Assembly: GCA_030704615.1 (NCBI GenBank)
Contig: CM060734.1
Location: 9,176,001 to 9,240,000, forward strand
Source: Takakia lepidozioides
Lineage: Eukaryota > Plantae > Bryophyta
Length of the DNA: 64,000 bases
Direction of reading: 5' to 3'
Shown: piece by piece, positions 63,225-64,000 of the stretch
How the letters are laid out: each line of letters begins with the position of its first letter
Position numbering within the stretch: the first letter of the stretch is position 1
The notes under the pieces: model-generated
Database searches by the model: none
What the model saw: only the letters and a program-made list of their open reading frames with translations
Told to the model about the DNA's origin: nothing
Translations under genes and position numbers: made by a program

Positions 63225-63750
63225 CTTTTGGAGGATTTTCAAGGGCATTTGGAGGATTGTTTGGGGGATCTTTGGGGTCCTTTGAGGAGCTTTTGGTAGA
63301 CACTCTGAGGAGCTTTTGTAGGACACTTTGAATAGCTCTTGAAAGAATGTTTGGAGGACTCTTTGGGGTCCTTGAAGGCCAATATTTAGCAAGTCTTTGG
63401 AGCCTTTAGAGGGCTGTTTGGAGGACTATTTGGGGTCCTTGAAGGCTAGTTTTTGGCAAGTCTTTGGAGTCTTTGGAGGACCATTTGGAGGACTGTTTGG
63501 GGTCTTTGGAGGACCATTTGGAGGACTATTTGGGGTCCTTGGAGGCCAATATTTGGCGAGCTTGAGGAGTCTTTGGCGACTTGTGTGACGGACTATTTGG
63601 GGTCCTCGAGGGCCAAGTTTTGGCAGGCTCTTGGGGACTTGGTGTACTGTTTGGAGTACCATTGTCCAAGCTTTGGGAGCCTTAGTGAGATTGTTTGAGA
63701 GACATCTTGAGGGCTCTTAGAGAGTTATTTGAGAGATCCTTGAAAGGTCT
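63225..63750. repeat. Degenerate tandem repeat (TTTGGGGTCCTTGGAGGAC-like units)
   Basis: Recurrent TTTGGAGGAC / TTTGGGGTC motifs with about 11/33-bp periodicity. Confidence 0.7.
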
Positions 63751-64000
63751 TGTCTATTGCTTTAGCAAGAGAGTGTGGAGATAGGATAGTGGGATGAGAG
63801 CATGCTGTGATAGGAATTGCTTTAGTCTCTTCCTTGTAGTCTTCCACCCTCTCTGTAGGCCAAAACCTTTCTGTAGGTGGAGGCAAGAGTCAGTCCGGGT
63901 TTGGGCTGGGGTGTCTTGCAGGAGCGACACTGTGGAGTGTTTTTGGTGTGGGGGAGTTACTGTTTTGATTTTCTTGTGTTTGGATCCCCTCCACACCTGC

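Overview
Repeat-dense, gene-poor plant nuclear DNA, probably from a bryophyte (moss-like NUMT gene order), made almost entirely of nested transposable elements plus a mitochondrial insertion. (1) Two diverged Mutator-like (MULE) elements: A, ~1294-25470, rearranged; B, 30110-41454, full length with an 11-bp TSD. Each pairs a GCM-like/DDE/SWIM transposase with a divergently oriented multi-exon gene encoding a ParB/Srx-like N-terminal domain and a beta-class amino-methyltransferase-like C-terminal domain. The same two introns of that gene carry arrays of ~24-bp palindromes with a shared core but family-specific arms. (2) A CACTA element (8782-24619, TSD AGT) inserted in A. (3) Inside it, a Ty3/gypsy-type retroelement (9548-20444) carrying a DNMT3-like cytosine methyltransferase and a PHD finger. 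It has split direct repeats (A...B-A-B) instead of normal LTRs, and a self-complementary PBS; a second, truncated copy starts at the same terminus. (4) Chromovirus, gypsy and MULE relics. (5) A LINE with RT, chromodomain, PCIF1-like methyltransferase and RNase H regions. (6) An unedited mitochondrial NUMT (nad4, nad5, atp4, atp8, rps1, trnC, trnF, rps2). All domain calls come from motif recognition by eye and need HMM or structure confirmation.
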